Translations under genes and position numbers: made by a program
DNA from: Eledone cirrhosa
Lineage: Eukaryota
Length of the DNA stretch: 64,000 nt
Direction: 5' to 3'
Assembly (NCBI GenBank): GCA_964016885.1
Contig: OZ024744.1
Location: 63,426,001 to 63,490,000, forward strand
Shown: positions 13,941-26,061 of the stretch, one piece after another
Numbering within the stretch: position 1 is the stretch's first letter
How the letters are laid out: every line of letters begins with the position of its first letter
The notes under the pieces: model-generated
What the model was told of the DNA's origin: nothing
Seen by the model: the letters and a program-made list of their open reading frames with translations, nothing else
The model's database searches: none

Positions 13941-14660
13941 TTGTTCACTGCAATCCATACTATATTCACTACAAACATAGATCTGTTCACTGTAATCCAT
14001 ACTATATTCACTACAAACATAGATCTGTTCACTGTAATCCATACTATATTCACTACAAACATAGATCTGTTCACTGTAATCCATACTATATTCACTACAA
14101 ACATAGATCTGTTCACTGTAATCCATACTATATTCACTACAAACATAGATCTGTTCACTGTAATCCATACTATATTCACTACAAACATAGATCTGTTCAC
14201 TGTAATCCATACTATATTCACTACAAACATAGATCTGTTCACTGCAATCCATACTATATTCACTACAAACATAGATCTGTTCACTGCAATCCATACTATA
14301 TTCACTACAAACATAGATCTGTTCACTGTAATCCATAACATGTCCTCTACAAAACAGACCTGTTCACTATAAAACATTGATTTGTTCATTGTAATCCATA
14401 GTGTGATCACTACAAAATATGGATCTGTTCAGTAATCCATAGCATGATCTCTACAAAACAGACCTGTTCACTATAAAACACGGATTTGTTCATTATAAAA
14501 TACTAATCTTTTAATTACAAAAATTGATCTGTTCACTACAATCAATGGATTTGTTTGCTACATACCATATTTTGTACACTTCAATCCATGTTTTGTTCAC
14601 TTCAAAACATGGATCTATTAATGGATTCTTCACTACAATACATAGATTTGTTTTTACTTA
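13941..14660. repeat. 42-bp minisatellite (~9.5 near-identical copies) with degenerate ~21-bp flank
   Basis: Unit TGTTCACTGTAATCCATACTATATTCACTACAAACATAGATC from 13941 to ~14340, then divergent TGTTCACTACAAAAC-type monomers. Confidence 0.95.
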
Positions 14661-14689
14661 CAAATACAGCTTGAATAGTTTTAAGAGGA

Positions 14690-15190
14690 ACACTTATCTT
14701 GCAATTCTTTATGCCAGCTTCAGTCATCAGAATTCAGTATTCATGCCAACCCTTACTTATAGTTATGAATCTTGGGTAATAACCGAAAGAATATGATTGT
14801 GAATACAAGCGCCCAAAATGGGATTCCTCCGAAGGTTCTTTGGAGTAACGTTACTTGATAAAGTGTGTAATTCGGAGAGCGGAGAGTCATTCCAGGTAGA
14901 GCCGCTACTTCTCCGAATTGAGAGATCACAGCTCTGATACTATGGACATGTGGTTAGAATGTCCCAGGAAAGAATCGCTGGACAGATTTTATTGGCAAAA
15001 CCAACAGATAAGAGGCCCAGGGATAGACCATGAGCAAGATGGTTGGATAACATCCATGAGCTCAGTTGGTCTCACTTGGGGATTCAGCCAGATCAATTGG
15101 AGACAGTTGCTTCTGACAGGACCCATTGGAAAGAGTGTTTGAGGACTCTGCCCCCATGATCCTCTCAGGAATAGATGGGCAAAGAAGAAC
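14690..15190 (+). mobile_element. RTE/Expander-like LINE 3' fragment, degenerate
   Basis: PTLTYSYESWVITERI...QVEPLLLRIERSQL*YYGHVVRM with stops. Confidence 0.7.
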
Positions 15191-16274
15191 ACATCCCACG
15201 TAATTTAAGACATTGTATTTTTTAAATTCTATGATGACCTTTGTAGTTGATAAAAGAAATTCAAAAGGGTGTTTATCAGTTGATATAGTACTTACTAAAG
15301 AATTTGTTTTGAAACCATATAGATCCAGGTTTAATCTTACCTTATTTCACCAATACTTATGAATGGAATTTTGGTAGATGGTGATTGTACTGAAGGCCAT
15401 CATGCATGTGTGTCTGTATTTTGTCCTTATTTGTTTATACTGGTGTTGTTTATGTTGTATCTCTGTGTCCTGTAACTTAACAGTTAAACAAACACAGATT
15501 GGTAAAATGAGTACAAAAATGAAATAAGTATTGGGGTCTATTTGATCGACTAGCATCTTCCATTTAATGACTGAAGCTAGAAAAATAATTATGCCCTACT
15601 GGAAGTACAGGGGTCAGTGAAGTCATTGGGGTTAGAAAGCCTTGCCGGAAGCAGAAGGACGAGTGATGTCCCGTAAATGGAAGTAGCATCAGCATGAGGT
15701 GTCTCTTGCTTGGTAACAGTTGGGGAGACAGGATGTGTTCTTGCCATGGGTATTTGGGTTATATGTTTATAGGTTTCTGACCAGTGGTTTTGGTGGGTTG
15801 GATACTCAGATATATCCCATCTGGGCAAGATCAACCCAGTGACACATCCTGTGGAGTATGCTCCTTCCTTTTTGCACACAAACATCTAAGCTTTAACCAT
15901 TTTGATGCCAACCTGCCCAAAACTGCTTCTGATTCTGTGAAACAAAACTACCCATTTTAGAGAGTTCATATTTAAATTAAAATCTTAACATAATTTGATT
16001 TAAGGACCATTTGTTAAGTTGCTACAAATACCATCTAATAATGGTTTTAATTTTAGGGGATAGGAAAGTCGAATAAATTGACTATAATTCATTACTAGTG
16101 CTTTATTTTATCGACTCCTGTAAGGACAAAATGTAAATCTAGCTCCAACAAGATTTGAACTCAGATGCAAAGAACTGTAACTCTATGCTGCAAATCTTCT
16201 TGTCCAATCCACCACCCTAATAACATCTAATAATGAAATAAATAATTAATTAGTTACTTCAAATATAGTTTGTA

Positions 16275-16415
16275 TTGCCGAGCTCCTCTGCAAAATCCAA
16301 ACATCAACAGCCCGTATAAAGAAAGAACCCCGCGAGGTGCGGTGGCTGTTGCAGGGGCGTCGCTGGCCATTGTCCACGGGAATGCTTTTGTGGTCTTATC
16401 AGCAGGTTGGGTTGG
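16275..16415 (+). mobile_element. CRE-like non-LTR 3' fragment
   Basis: GC-rich patch translating (with a frameshift) KEPREVRWLLQ / SLAIVHGNAFVVL, resembling the CRE C-terminal SLAxQRGNA motif. Confidence 0.45.
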
Positions 16416-17669
16416 AACACATTGAAGAAGTACTAAGAAATGAATTAAAACACTGTATCAGTGATTCCCAAACTTATTTTGTTGCATGGAACTCTTACAA
16501 TTTTCCAAAAATCACAGAAACCATTTCTGTAGTTTAGACATAGCCCACCTTAATTTTAATAAAACATTAACTGAAACAAAACTTGTTTTAGAGAGATAGT
16601 TTATGCTTATAAAGAAACACACATGCACACAATAATAGATTTTTTTTTAAATTAAATATAAGTAAAAGATACTGTATCTCACAGAATCCACTTTCAGAAA
16701 TAAGGTTCCATGTACAAAAGCATAAATGAACATACACATCAGCTGTGGCTATTTCCACTGATTTAGCATTTACATTACTCTATATATACTACTGTATTTT
16801 CACAGTAAAGGCTTTATCTCACATAATATCAAATCTACGAGATTTTGAGAACAATACCTTAACATTGGTATGAGCAGCCAGTTACAGCTGGTTTGAACAG
16901 AAAGTTCTGGCTGGATACAGCCAGTTTAAATGCTATTATGTGAAAATCATTGGCAGTGATTTTCACAATTTTCAAAATAAAAATTTAGAGGGATTTAGTA
17001 ATAAAACTTTCTTCCTTGTTATTAATTTGTTATTGAGATTACATATAACAGGCTTTGTTTGGGTCATTCCACTAACAAATTCGTGTTTATTAAGTAATTT
17101 GCCTACACTATATCAAGTTAGTTATTAGCGACATCAAAATAAACACAAGACAGAACAAGATACGCATGAAAATGTGGAGATGGAGGGTTTGGAAGCTAAA
17201 AGACCTTTCAGTTAAATATCAGTTTAGAAAGTCCCTACAGGATGCAGCAGATGAGAGGGGTGACAAGCTAGGTACATATAGTGTAGAGGACAACAAGAAA
17301 TTCCAACGTGGCAAACTACTGACAAGTCTTGTGGCTGGAGTAAAGCATCTGCAAGACGGGATTGACCTAATGGTGGAGCAACACAATGGATAGAGCCATT
17401 AATTGTTTCTACTTTTGGCACAAGGCCAGCAATTACCCAGTGCATTACTGGTACTTTATTTTATCGACCCTGTAAGGATGAAAGTCAAAGTTAACCTCGG
17501 CGGGATTTGAACTCAGAATGGCAAGGGCCGTAACTATGCGTCAAAGCATGGTGTCCGGCCATCTACCGATACTGCCAATCCACCGCCCTTAATGCCAAGA
17601 GAAAGGCATGGAAAAAATGGGGATATCAGAGACCAATACCAAGTAACTAAGACAAGCTATATAATAATT

Positions 17670-19420
17670 TAAATGAAATTATTGTGTACAGTACTCGGGT
17701 GTACTACAACTCATCAAAGGTACATGTATAGTACATAGAATAATATACAAATGTCAGGGAAGTGAATAGTGTATGAGTCATGGTATACATGTGTGTATGT
17801 GTACGGAGGGGGAACATTAGGTGTAGTGTTGGCGAATCTCGGGAAGCATGGAGGTTTTAAAGGATGCAGTGTCTCAGCAGCTAACAACTGATGTAGGGAG
17901 TTTGTTCCATGCTTCAGCAACTCTGAGTGTGAAAAAAATGTTTCCGAAAGTCATGGGAGCTGTGCTGTTTCCTGACTTTGTGGGCATGCCCACGTGTGTT
18001 AGACACATGAAATTCCAAAGGGTTCTCAGGGTTGTTGTTGGCAAGATGGTTAATAATTTTGTGGGTGTTTTCCAAGTCAGTTGCCAGACGTCGGAGCTTC
18101 AATGAATCCATGCCCAGGGAAGCAAGATGTTCAGAGTATGATAGATGCCTGATGGAGGGTATTCGCTTGGCTGCATGTGTCTGAACAGTTTCCAGGAGGT
18201 CAATGTTTTGAGCAAGATAGGGGTTTCAGACTGGTGATGCAAAGTGTGGTCACACCATAGTTATATACAGCTTTAAATAAATAGCTGGAGAACGGTTGAC
18301 AAAGGTCTTGCTGAGTGATGCTAAGACACCCTCGGCCTTCTTGATAATTTTAGAGATGTGCTTTGTCCAACGCAAATCACTGCTGACAGTAATGCCCAAG
18401 TCACGTTCACTTCTTGATATTAATATTGTGGAGGGAGTATGTGGACACTGGGTTTTTCTTCCTAAAATGCATGGTGGTACACTTGTCCACAGCTAGCTTG
18501 AGTTGCCAGTATGTGATCCATTACTGCATTGTGTCCAGGTCTGATTGAAGGAAAGAAGATCTATAGTGTTCAGGATCTGTCCTTTTTATCTCAAGGTACA
18601 GCTTGATGTCATCTGCATATTTCAGTACTGTGGCATTCTTTAAGTTGGCATTTATGTCATTAACATCTATACCACAAACAAAAAGGGGACCAAGAACAGA
18701 TCCCTATGGTACACCAGATGACATCTCATATGATGAGGAGTGCTGTCCTAGAACCGTGACTACCTCTCTTCGACTGAGAATGAAGGATTTCAACCAGTTA
18801 AAAAGATCATCCTTCACACCCATTGCAGAGAGTTTTGCCATAAGTCTTTTGTGTGTCACAGAATTGAAAGCTTTAGCAAAGTCAAGGTAAACAACATCCA
18901 CCCAAGAGCCGCCATTAGTGATTCGGGTGATGTCTTCAAGAAACTTGATAAGCTGATCACAGCAGCTGGAGTTAGGGATAAATACAAATTGCGAGGGCCG
19001 GATAAGACTGAGAGTTCCAGAAGTTCCAAAGCGTTTCTCTGACACAGGATTCCATCAGTTTGGCAATGCAGCTAGTAAGATTGACTGGACAATAGTTGAA
19101 AGGTGATGTGCGGTCACCCTTTTTGACAGAGGAATGACACTGGCAGTTTTCCACTGTTCTTGAGTAGCACCATTGTTCAGACAGAATTGGAAGAAGAGTG
19201 ATAGCTGGTGCAGAAGGAAGTACCCACCACGTTTGAGAAACAGGTACGTAACACCATCAAGATCAGGTTTTGCTTATTTTTAAGGCGACGTTGCAGCATT
19301 GCAGGTGTAAATTCCATAGTTGTAATAGAATTTGATGTCATAGGTGGTGGAGACAGTACACTCTGGTTTACAACAGTCAAAAGGCCTGCATAGCATTCAG
19401 CAATGAGTTCTGCGCATTCG
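17670..19420 (-). mobile_element. CR1-group LINE, 5'-truncated and degenerate RT
   Basis: VDVVYLDFAKAFNSVTHKRLMAKL, SGVP*GSVLGP, YADD, RKHFF; 3' end shared with the 22081-22750 copy. Confidence 0.85.
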
Positions 19421-19421
19421 C

Positions 19422-21935
19422 CCTAGAAAGGAGCAACTACAGAGGGATAAAACTAATGGACCAAGTTATGAAAGTAACAGAAAGAGTTAGAGGAAAACTA
19501 ATTAGGGAAAGATTCAAATGAGATGAAGTTTGGTTTCATGGCTGGGATAATGACAGTAATGTGACAGGTATACACAGCACAGAGACATGAGGATCAGAGA
19601 CATGAAATGTTCTGTATTGCAAGTCAATGTGTTAGTGTGAATGAGATATTGTCGGGGGAAAATGTGTTAGAAACGATACTAGTGCACTTAGCACCACTGA
19701 TACCTAAAAGAAAGAGACCTGGAAATGTTACTATGAGAGATTGATGAATGGAAGGAAGAGAAACTAGCCCCAACTTACCCAACAGAAAGACCAGCTACTG
19801 AAGTTGACAGTTATAGGGTCAAAGTAGCAATGAAAGAGATAAGACCATCAGCGATAGTTGCTGAGATGCTGAAATCATCAGGAGAAGTAGGAGTCAAACT
19901 AGTAACCCACATAGTCTATCAGATAATACATGATGGAGTCATACCGAATGACTGGTGCAGCAGTACAGTCATAAATTGTTTCAAGGGCAAAGGTGATGCT
20001 CTAGAAAGGAGCAACTATAGAGGAATAAAACTAATCGACCAGGTTATGAAAGTGACAGAAAGAGTTAAAGCACAACTAATTAGAAAAAGATTCAAATGAG
20101 ATGAGATGTAGTTTGGTTTCATGCCTTAGAAAAGTACTACAGATTCAACAAAAGAAATTTTTAGTCAAGAATAAGCTGCTTTATTTAGCCTTTGTTGATC
20201 TAGAAAAGGTCTTTGGCAGAGTACTACAATCTATTATTTGGTGGTTCTTAAGTAAATTAGGTTTAGAAGAATGGCTTGTGAGAGCAGTGCAAGCCATGTA
20301 CAGATGAGTTGTCAGTAAATTAAGAGTAGGAAGTGAGTTTAGTAAGGAATTCAAGGTACAGGTAGGAGTTCATCAGGGTTTGGTTCTTCGCCCACTACTA
20401 TTCATTATAGTTCTCCAGGCCATAACAGAGGAGTTAGCTATCCATGGGAGCTTCGCTATGCAGATAATTTGGTCCTTATAGCCAAATCCATAAAACAACT
20501 ATGGAAATGGAATTTGGAATCAAAAGGTCTGAAAGTGCTGGTGAGTAGGAAGTGGTCCTGCTCCATATGTAGGAAATGAGTTGACATAAACTTCATACAG
20601 TGTACACAATGTAAATGTTGGGTACATGAGAGATGTAGTGCGATGATGGATAGACTAACAAATGTAGAGGATGCACAGGAGTAATTGAGGGGAAGAGCAG
20701 CAGTGATATAAACCTCTTCAACTCAAAGAAAGGCTCCATAGAAGTGGTTGATAGCTTCTGCTATCAAGGTGACTTAATCAGCAGTGGAAGTGCTCTGAGA
20801 ATATGATAACTTTTTAGTGTAAATGCTTTAGCTGTTGTTATTGAGTATTGGTAGTGGAAATTATATCCTTATAGAAGATAGATTGTAATCCTGCATGTTT
20901 CATGGTTGCAGAAAAGATCAGAAGGCATATTTCGAAACATAATATTTTATTTTTGCTTGACGTGAATGCATATACAAAAGGTGTGAAGTGGTACAGATAT
21001 TTTGTGTAACAAAGCTAACGTGTAATGGCAAATCTCTTAAAGGCAAGTACTTTTGAACCAAGTTGTTGGTTGTGGTAAATCTCCTAAAAGCCGCATAATG
21101 AAACTACTCTCATTGTAAGAGAGAGCAAAGTCACAGGAGTAGGGAAGCCATTATGAGCTGCTGGTGTCGAAATGCCAAGTGCAACTGCTATGTAGTTTGG
21201 AAAGATGGTGCATCAACCGGGGAAGCCATTTGTGAGCTGCTGGTGTTGACGAAATGAAAACCGCAACTGCCAGCTAGAACTGAAAAAAGGTGCGAAGCAA
21301 CTGCTGGGTAGAAGTCATCTTTTGTATTCATACGCCACCAACCCTAAGGGCAAAGTATGACCAAATTACTCTGCAGCGATAAAATAGTGCTAATGTTTGC
21401 TACAACTTGAATAAGTATAAGATAAAAGACATTTAGAGAGCTACACCCAGTTGACAACTAAAGGTTTCTCCCTACATGTAGAAGGAAGGCTGTATGACAC
21501 CTGTGTGTGGTGCACATTATTGCATAGTAGTGAAACATAGGCTGTGACTACAGCGGACATGCATAGTCAGGAGGGAAATGAAGCAGCCATGCTTCATTGG
21601 ATATGCAATGTAAATGTGAGAGAAAGGCAGAGCTTCGATGAACTGAGGGAGAAACTGGGTTTAAGAGGAATCTGAGGTGGTGTGCAGAAGGAATGACTGC
21701 ATTGATATGAACATGTGATGTGCATAAATGTGTGAAAGTACCAGGAAAAGCCAGTGGAAGGAAACAGCAGTAGAGGTAGACTGAGAAAGATCTGGGCAGA
21801 GGTAGTGAGAGCTGACCGCAAATCATTGAGACTCAGAGAGGAGATGAAGAAGAAACGCGGCAAGTGGAGAGATGCTGAAAAGGACCCATTCAACTTATGC
21901 AAGCGTGGAAAAACATGTAAAAATTATAATGATGA
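19422..21935 (+). mobile_element. RTE LINE, degenerate, with an internal insertion at ~20810-21405
   Basis: IPNDWCSSTVINCFKGKGDALERSNYRGIKL, LAFVDLEK, VGVHQG, RGRLRKIWAEVV; ATG-repeat tail. Confidence 0.85.
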
Positions 21936-22080
21936 TGAATATATATAATACAATTCAACAAAAGAGTAGCAAGGGAGCCATGAGCATGGCAGATGATATT
22001 GTATATGTAAATTCCTTTGATTGTGAAGCCATTGATAGTTGATGTGATATCATGTGTATGATTAATATATAATAATAATA

Positions 22081-22750
22081 ATGAAATTATTGTGTAAAGT
22101 GCTCAGGTGCACTACAACTCGTCAAAGGTGTATGTATAGTACATAGAATAATACACAAATGTCAGGGAAGTGAATAGTGTATGAGTCATGGTATACATGT
22201 GTGTATGTGTATGGAGGGGGAACATTAGGTGTAGTGTTGGCAAATCTCGGGAAGCATGGAGGTTTTAAAGGATGCAGGTAGTTTGTTCCATGCTTCAGCA
22301 ACTCTGAGCGTGAAAAAATGTTTCCGAAAGTCATGGGAGCTGTGCTGTTTTCTGACTTTGTAGGCATGTCGTCGTGTGTTAGACACATGGAAATCCAAAA
22401 TCAGGGTTGTGTTGGCAATATGGTTAATAATTTTGTGGGTGTTTACCAAGTCAGTTGCCAGATGTCGGAGCTTCAATGTATCCATGCCCAGGGAAGTAAG
22501 GCATTCAGAGTATGGTAGATGCCTGATGGAGAGTATTCGCTTGGTTGCATGTCTCTGAACAGTTTCCATGTGAGCAAGATAGGGGTTCCAGACTGGTGAT
22601 GCAAATTCTAAGTGTGGCCGCACCATAGCTATATACAGTTTTAAATAGATTGCTGGAGAGCGGCTGACAAAGTTCTTGCTGAGTGATGCTAAGACACCCT
22701 CGGCTTTCTTGACAATTTTAGAGACGTGCTTCGTCCAATGCAAATCGCCT
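22081..22750 (-). mobile_element. CR1-group LINE 3' fragment
   Basis: Closely similar to 17670-18380; VRPHLEFASPVWNPY motif. Confidence 0.85.
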
Positions 22751-23310
22751 GCAATGATTAGGAAGTCATTGTCATTTGTTAGAGCAGTAGTGTGCATTAG
22801 ATACCCGTAAAACCTATCCTTAAGTTCATCTGGCAACCCAGATTGGGGTGCATAAGCTGATACTACTGTGGTAATTGTTTTATTCAGGACTAGTCTGAGT
22901 TTAATGATTCTTGCATTTACCCTGTACACTGAGATTACTTTATCTACCCACTTGTCAGCTAGTAGGATACCTACACCACCCATCCCATCGTCATTTGTCA
23001 CCCAGAAAAATTTGAAGCACTGACTTTTTCCTACAAGGACTCTAGCAGACTCTCCTCTCCATCTAGTCTCTTGCATACAGCATACATCACTTTCCTTTCG
23101 CTCTGGCATCTCTATGATTTCTCCTGCTCTTCCTTTCATTGTGCTTACATTGATGGTTCCAACTCGGAGTTTTGGGCATTTGTCAACATTCGTGGGAAAG
23201 GGTAAACTTTTGCAGGGGTGTGTGTATGCTTTCTGTCTGTGAATTGAAGCTTCGATGGGTGCTTGGTAGCTCACGGATTCATATTCATTTATTCTCAGCT
23301 CATCCATACA
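22745..23310 (-). mobile_element. RTE LINE 5' fragment, AP-endonuclease domain
   Basis: LRVGTINVSTM, DVCCMQETRWRG, GVGILL, VVSAYAPQ, IIAGD motifs. Confidence 0.85.
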
Positions 23311-23618
23311 TAATGGTAGGAGAATTCAGGGCTAGAAGAACAGTGGTGGTGGTAATGATGGCAGAGTTTGTTGGGGCTGGTAATGAGTGGTGGGAGGACA
23401 TGCTGAGGTTTGATTGGTTAAATAGGCTATGGTGATGTGAGGGGGTGAGCGGGAGGGAAAGTATGAGATAGGTAGCCATCATTGCCTATAGCATCTCAGG
23501 TCAAAATAAACCGATACAAGTACCTATATTAAACAAGGCGAAATGTTAGGATTTCGAAGGGAGTAGATGACTTCATAGAGATAGCGAAATGATAAATACA
23601 ACAATAATAACTTTGTTA

Positions 23619-25509
23619 TCTGTATATATATAAAATTAAGTATGTGTGTGTGTGTCTGTGTATTACCTATAGGGGCCTACATCTTACGACCGATTTTCAT
23701 GAAACTTTACAGGCTCATAGATTAGTCATCGGGGAGTGTTTTCTATATATCAGCGTATCGTTTTTTTTATTCCGGGGTCATTCTGCAGATAAAAATCGAT
23801 AGGGGGTCACCTTTTTTTAGGTATCGAAAAATAAGATTTTTGGCTCTAGCTCCCGCATTTTGCCATCGATTTCGTTCAAATTTTAAAGCAAAATAGAATT
23901 TATCATTGCACATCCTGTAGTGTCTTTATATTTTGCATTTGTTGTTCAGAGACGGCGTGGCAGTCGCTTAAATATTCAAAAATACCACTTCTAGATTCAA
24001 ATTTCCACTTTTTCGGCTCTAGCTCCCACATTAATCAACCTACTTTGTTCAAATTTTACACTACGCTAGATCTGATTATTTCACGTCTTAAAGTGGCTTT
24101 AGATTTTGGATTTTTTGTTCAGGAACAGCGTGGCAGCCGCTTAAATATTCGAAAATACCACCTTTTCGCTCAAATTTCCGCCTTTTCGGCTCTAGCTCCC
24201 ACATTTTTCAACCGATTTCGTTTAAATTCGAAACTTCGGCTCCACCTCACACTGAGGATGTTTGTGTGTGTGTGTGTGTGTGTGTGTGAGTGTGTGATTT
24301 TGAATCCCTAAAACTCGAGAAGCACCCAACCGACTATTTTCAAACTTTACACATGTAATACTTATGTTTCAGGGAGTGTTCTGGGCAAAAACAATTTCAA
24401 ATTTTCAATGCCCTAGGGACCGCATTAGGCGATTTACCGATCTCTCTCTATAATTCTTAGTCTTTCTCTTTTTAGATAGATACATACATATAACGTCGCG
24501 CCCTTATAATATCTGTCTGTATGTCTGGCTGTCTGCATTACGTCACTTCCTACAACTCGCTCTGCGTCTAGAACACACCCTTATAATATCTGTCTGTATG
24601 TCTGGCTGTCTGCTGCCTCCGGTTATTCTGCCACCCTTGCTCAAGACAAATCTCACACTCGTTCCCCAAACAGTTGGTAAGTGCACACAACTTCTTCCTC
24701 ATGTTTTAAGCCACAGTGTTGCTTACTTACGTACCACCAGACCCTTACTTCTTTGCCAGTCGTGCTTGTGGCAATACTAAGCTTAGCTAAGGTGGTTATA
24801 TATTTCACACAACACTAAAAATGAAAGCCGGTAACTACGTATTAGTCAGTCTCTTCTCCACACCATTCTCTACGTGGAAGGAGAAGCATACCTAATACTA
24901 ATTGCATCAGAGTATTCGGTTTATTTTCTTTACATATTGTCCAGACATGCAATTTTCCCATGATTAGGCCTGTTGGCGGCTTGCATTATGTTTCAGGGAG
25001 TGTTATGCACATAAAAAATTTAACTTTTTGATCCCCTAGGGCCAGCATCAGGTGAAAAACTGCGTTTTTCCCACCTTTTTAGGGGTATTTTGAGGCGTTA
25101 CGTCAGACCGATTTCCTTGAAATTTTAACTATATATTAGTCAGTCTTTTCTTCATACCGTGAGCAAAGAAAATCCAACTTTTTTTATGGCCTAGGGCCCA
25201 CATTAGGTGAAGAACTTCATTTTTCAGCGTTTTAGTGCTTTTTTTAGGTGTTACGTCTAGCCGATTTTTCCGAAATTTAAAAGCATATTATGCACATAAA
25301 AAAAATTCATTTTCTTGATGCCTTAGGTGATGCAGTTTCTTGATGCATTAGGTGAAAACCTGCATTTTCCCTGCTTCATCGAGGAAAATCTTAAAGATTA
25401 TCCAGCCATCAGAGTATCCGGTTTATTTTCTTTACATATTGTCGAGGCATGCAGTTTTTCCACGATTTGGTCTGTTGGCGGCCCGTGCAACACCGGGTAC
25501 CACTGCTAG
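23619..25509 (+). mobile_element. non-autonomous Helitron
   Basis: Starts TC after A (23618), ends CTAG before T (25510); subterminal hairpin CCCGTGCAACACCGGG at 25482-25497; internal repeats; no TSD. Confidence 0.8.
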
Positions 25510-26061
25510 TATTTAATAAAGAGATCGAGATGTTAGATCCTCATTACATTTATTGAGGTGTGGCACGTCTTTCATGATTGATCAGTTCAAGGCTCAATCT
25601 GTATGGATTGAGCCCAACTATGGAATCAAAAGCCCGTCGGACTTCTGTTATGGTAAACTGTATATATATTCATTCATTTCATTTTACGTCCGCTATTCCC
25701 TGCTTGCAAGGGTGGGACGGGAACTGATTCTGGCTTGATTTCTACAGCTGGATGCCCTTCCTAACACCAACCTCATTTACAGTGAGTGCTGGGTGCTTTT
25801 TTCAGTGGCGCCAACACGTCCACTTTACAGTGTGGGCTGGGTGCTTTTTTGCCGTGGCACCTCCACGACCACTTTGCACTGGAATGATAGGGACCCCAGT
25901 CCGTATCATCTCATTTCTACAGCTGAGTAAACTGGAGCAATGTGAAATAAAGTGTCTTGCTCAAGGAAACAACACATTACACGGTCTGAGAATTGAACTC
26001 ACAACCTTTCGATTGCAAGCCCAATGCTCTAACCATTAAGCCATGTGCCTTCATTATATAT

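Noticed and set aside
13877-14410. Repetitive ORFs, or a CRISPR-like array
   Set aside because: Contiguous identical 42-bp units with no unique spacers and no cas genes; the ORFs are by-products of the repeat.
15589-15885. 98-aa ORF in higher-GC sequence
   Set aside because: No recognisable domain or supporting splice structure; probably an unclassified repeat.
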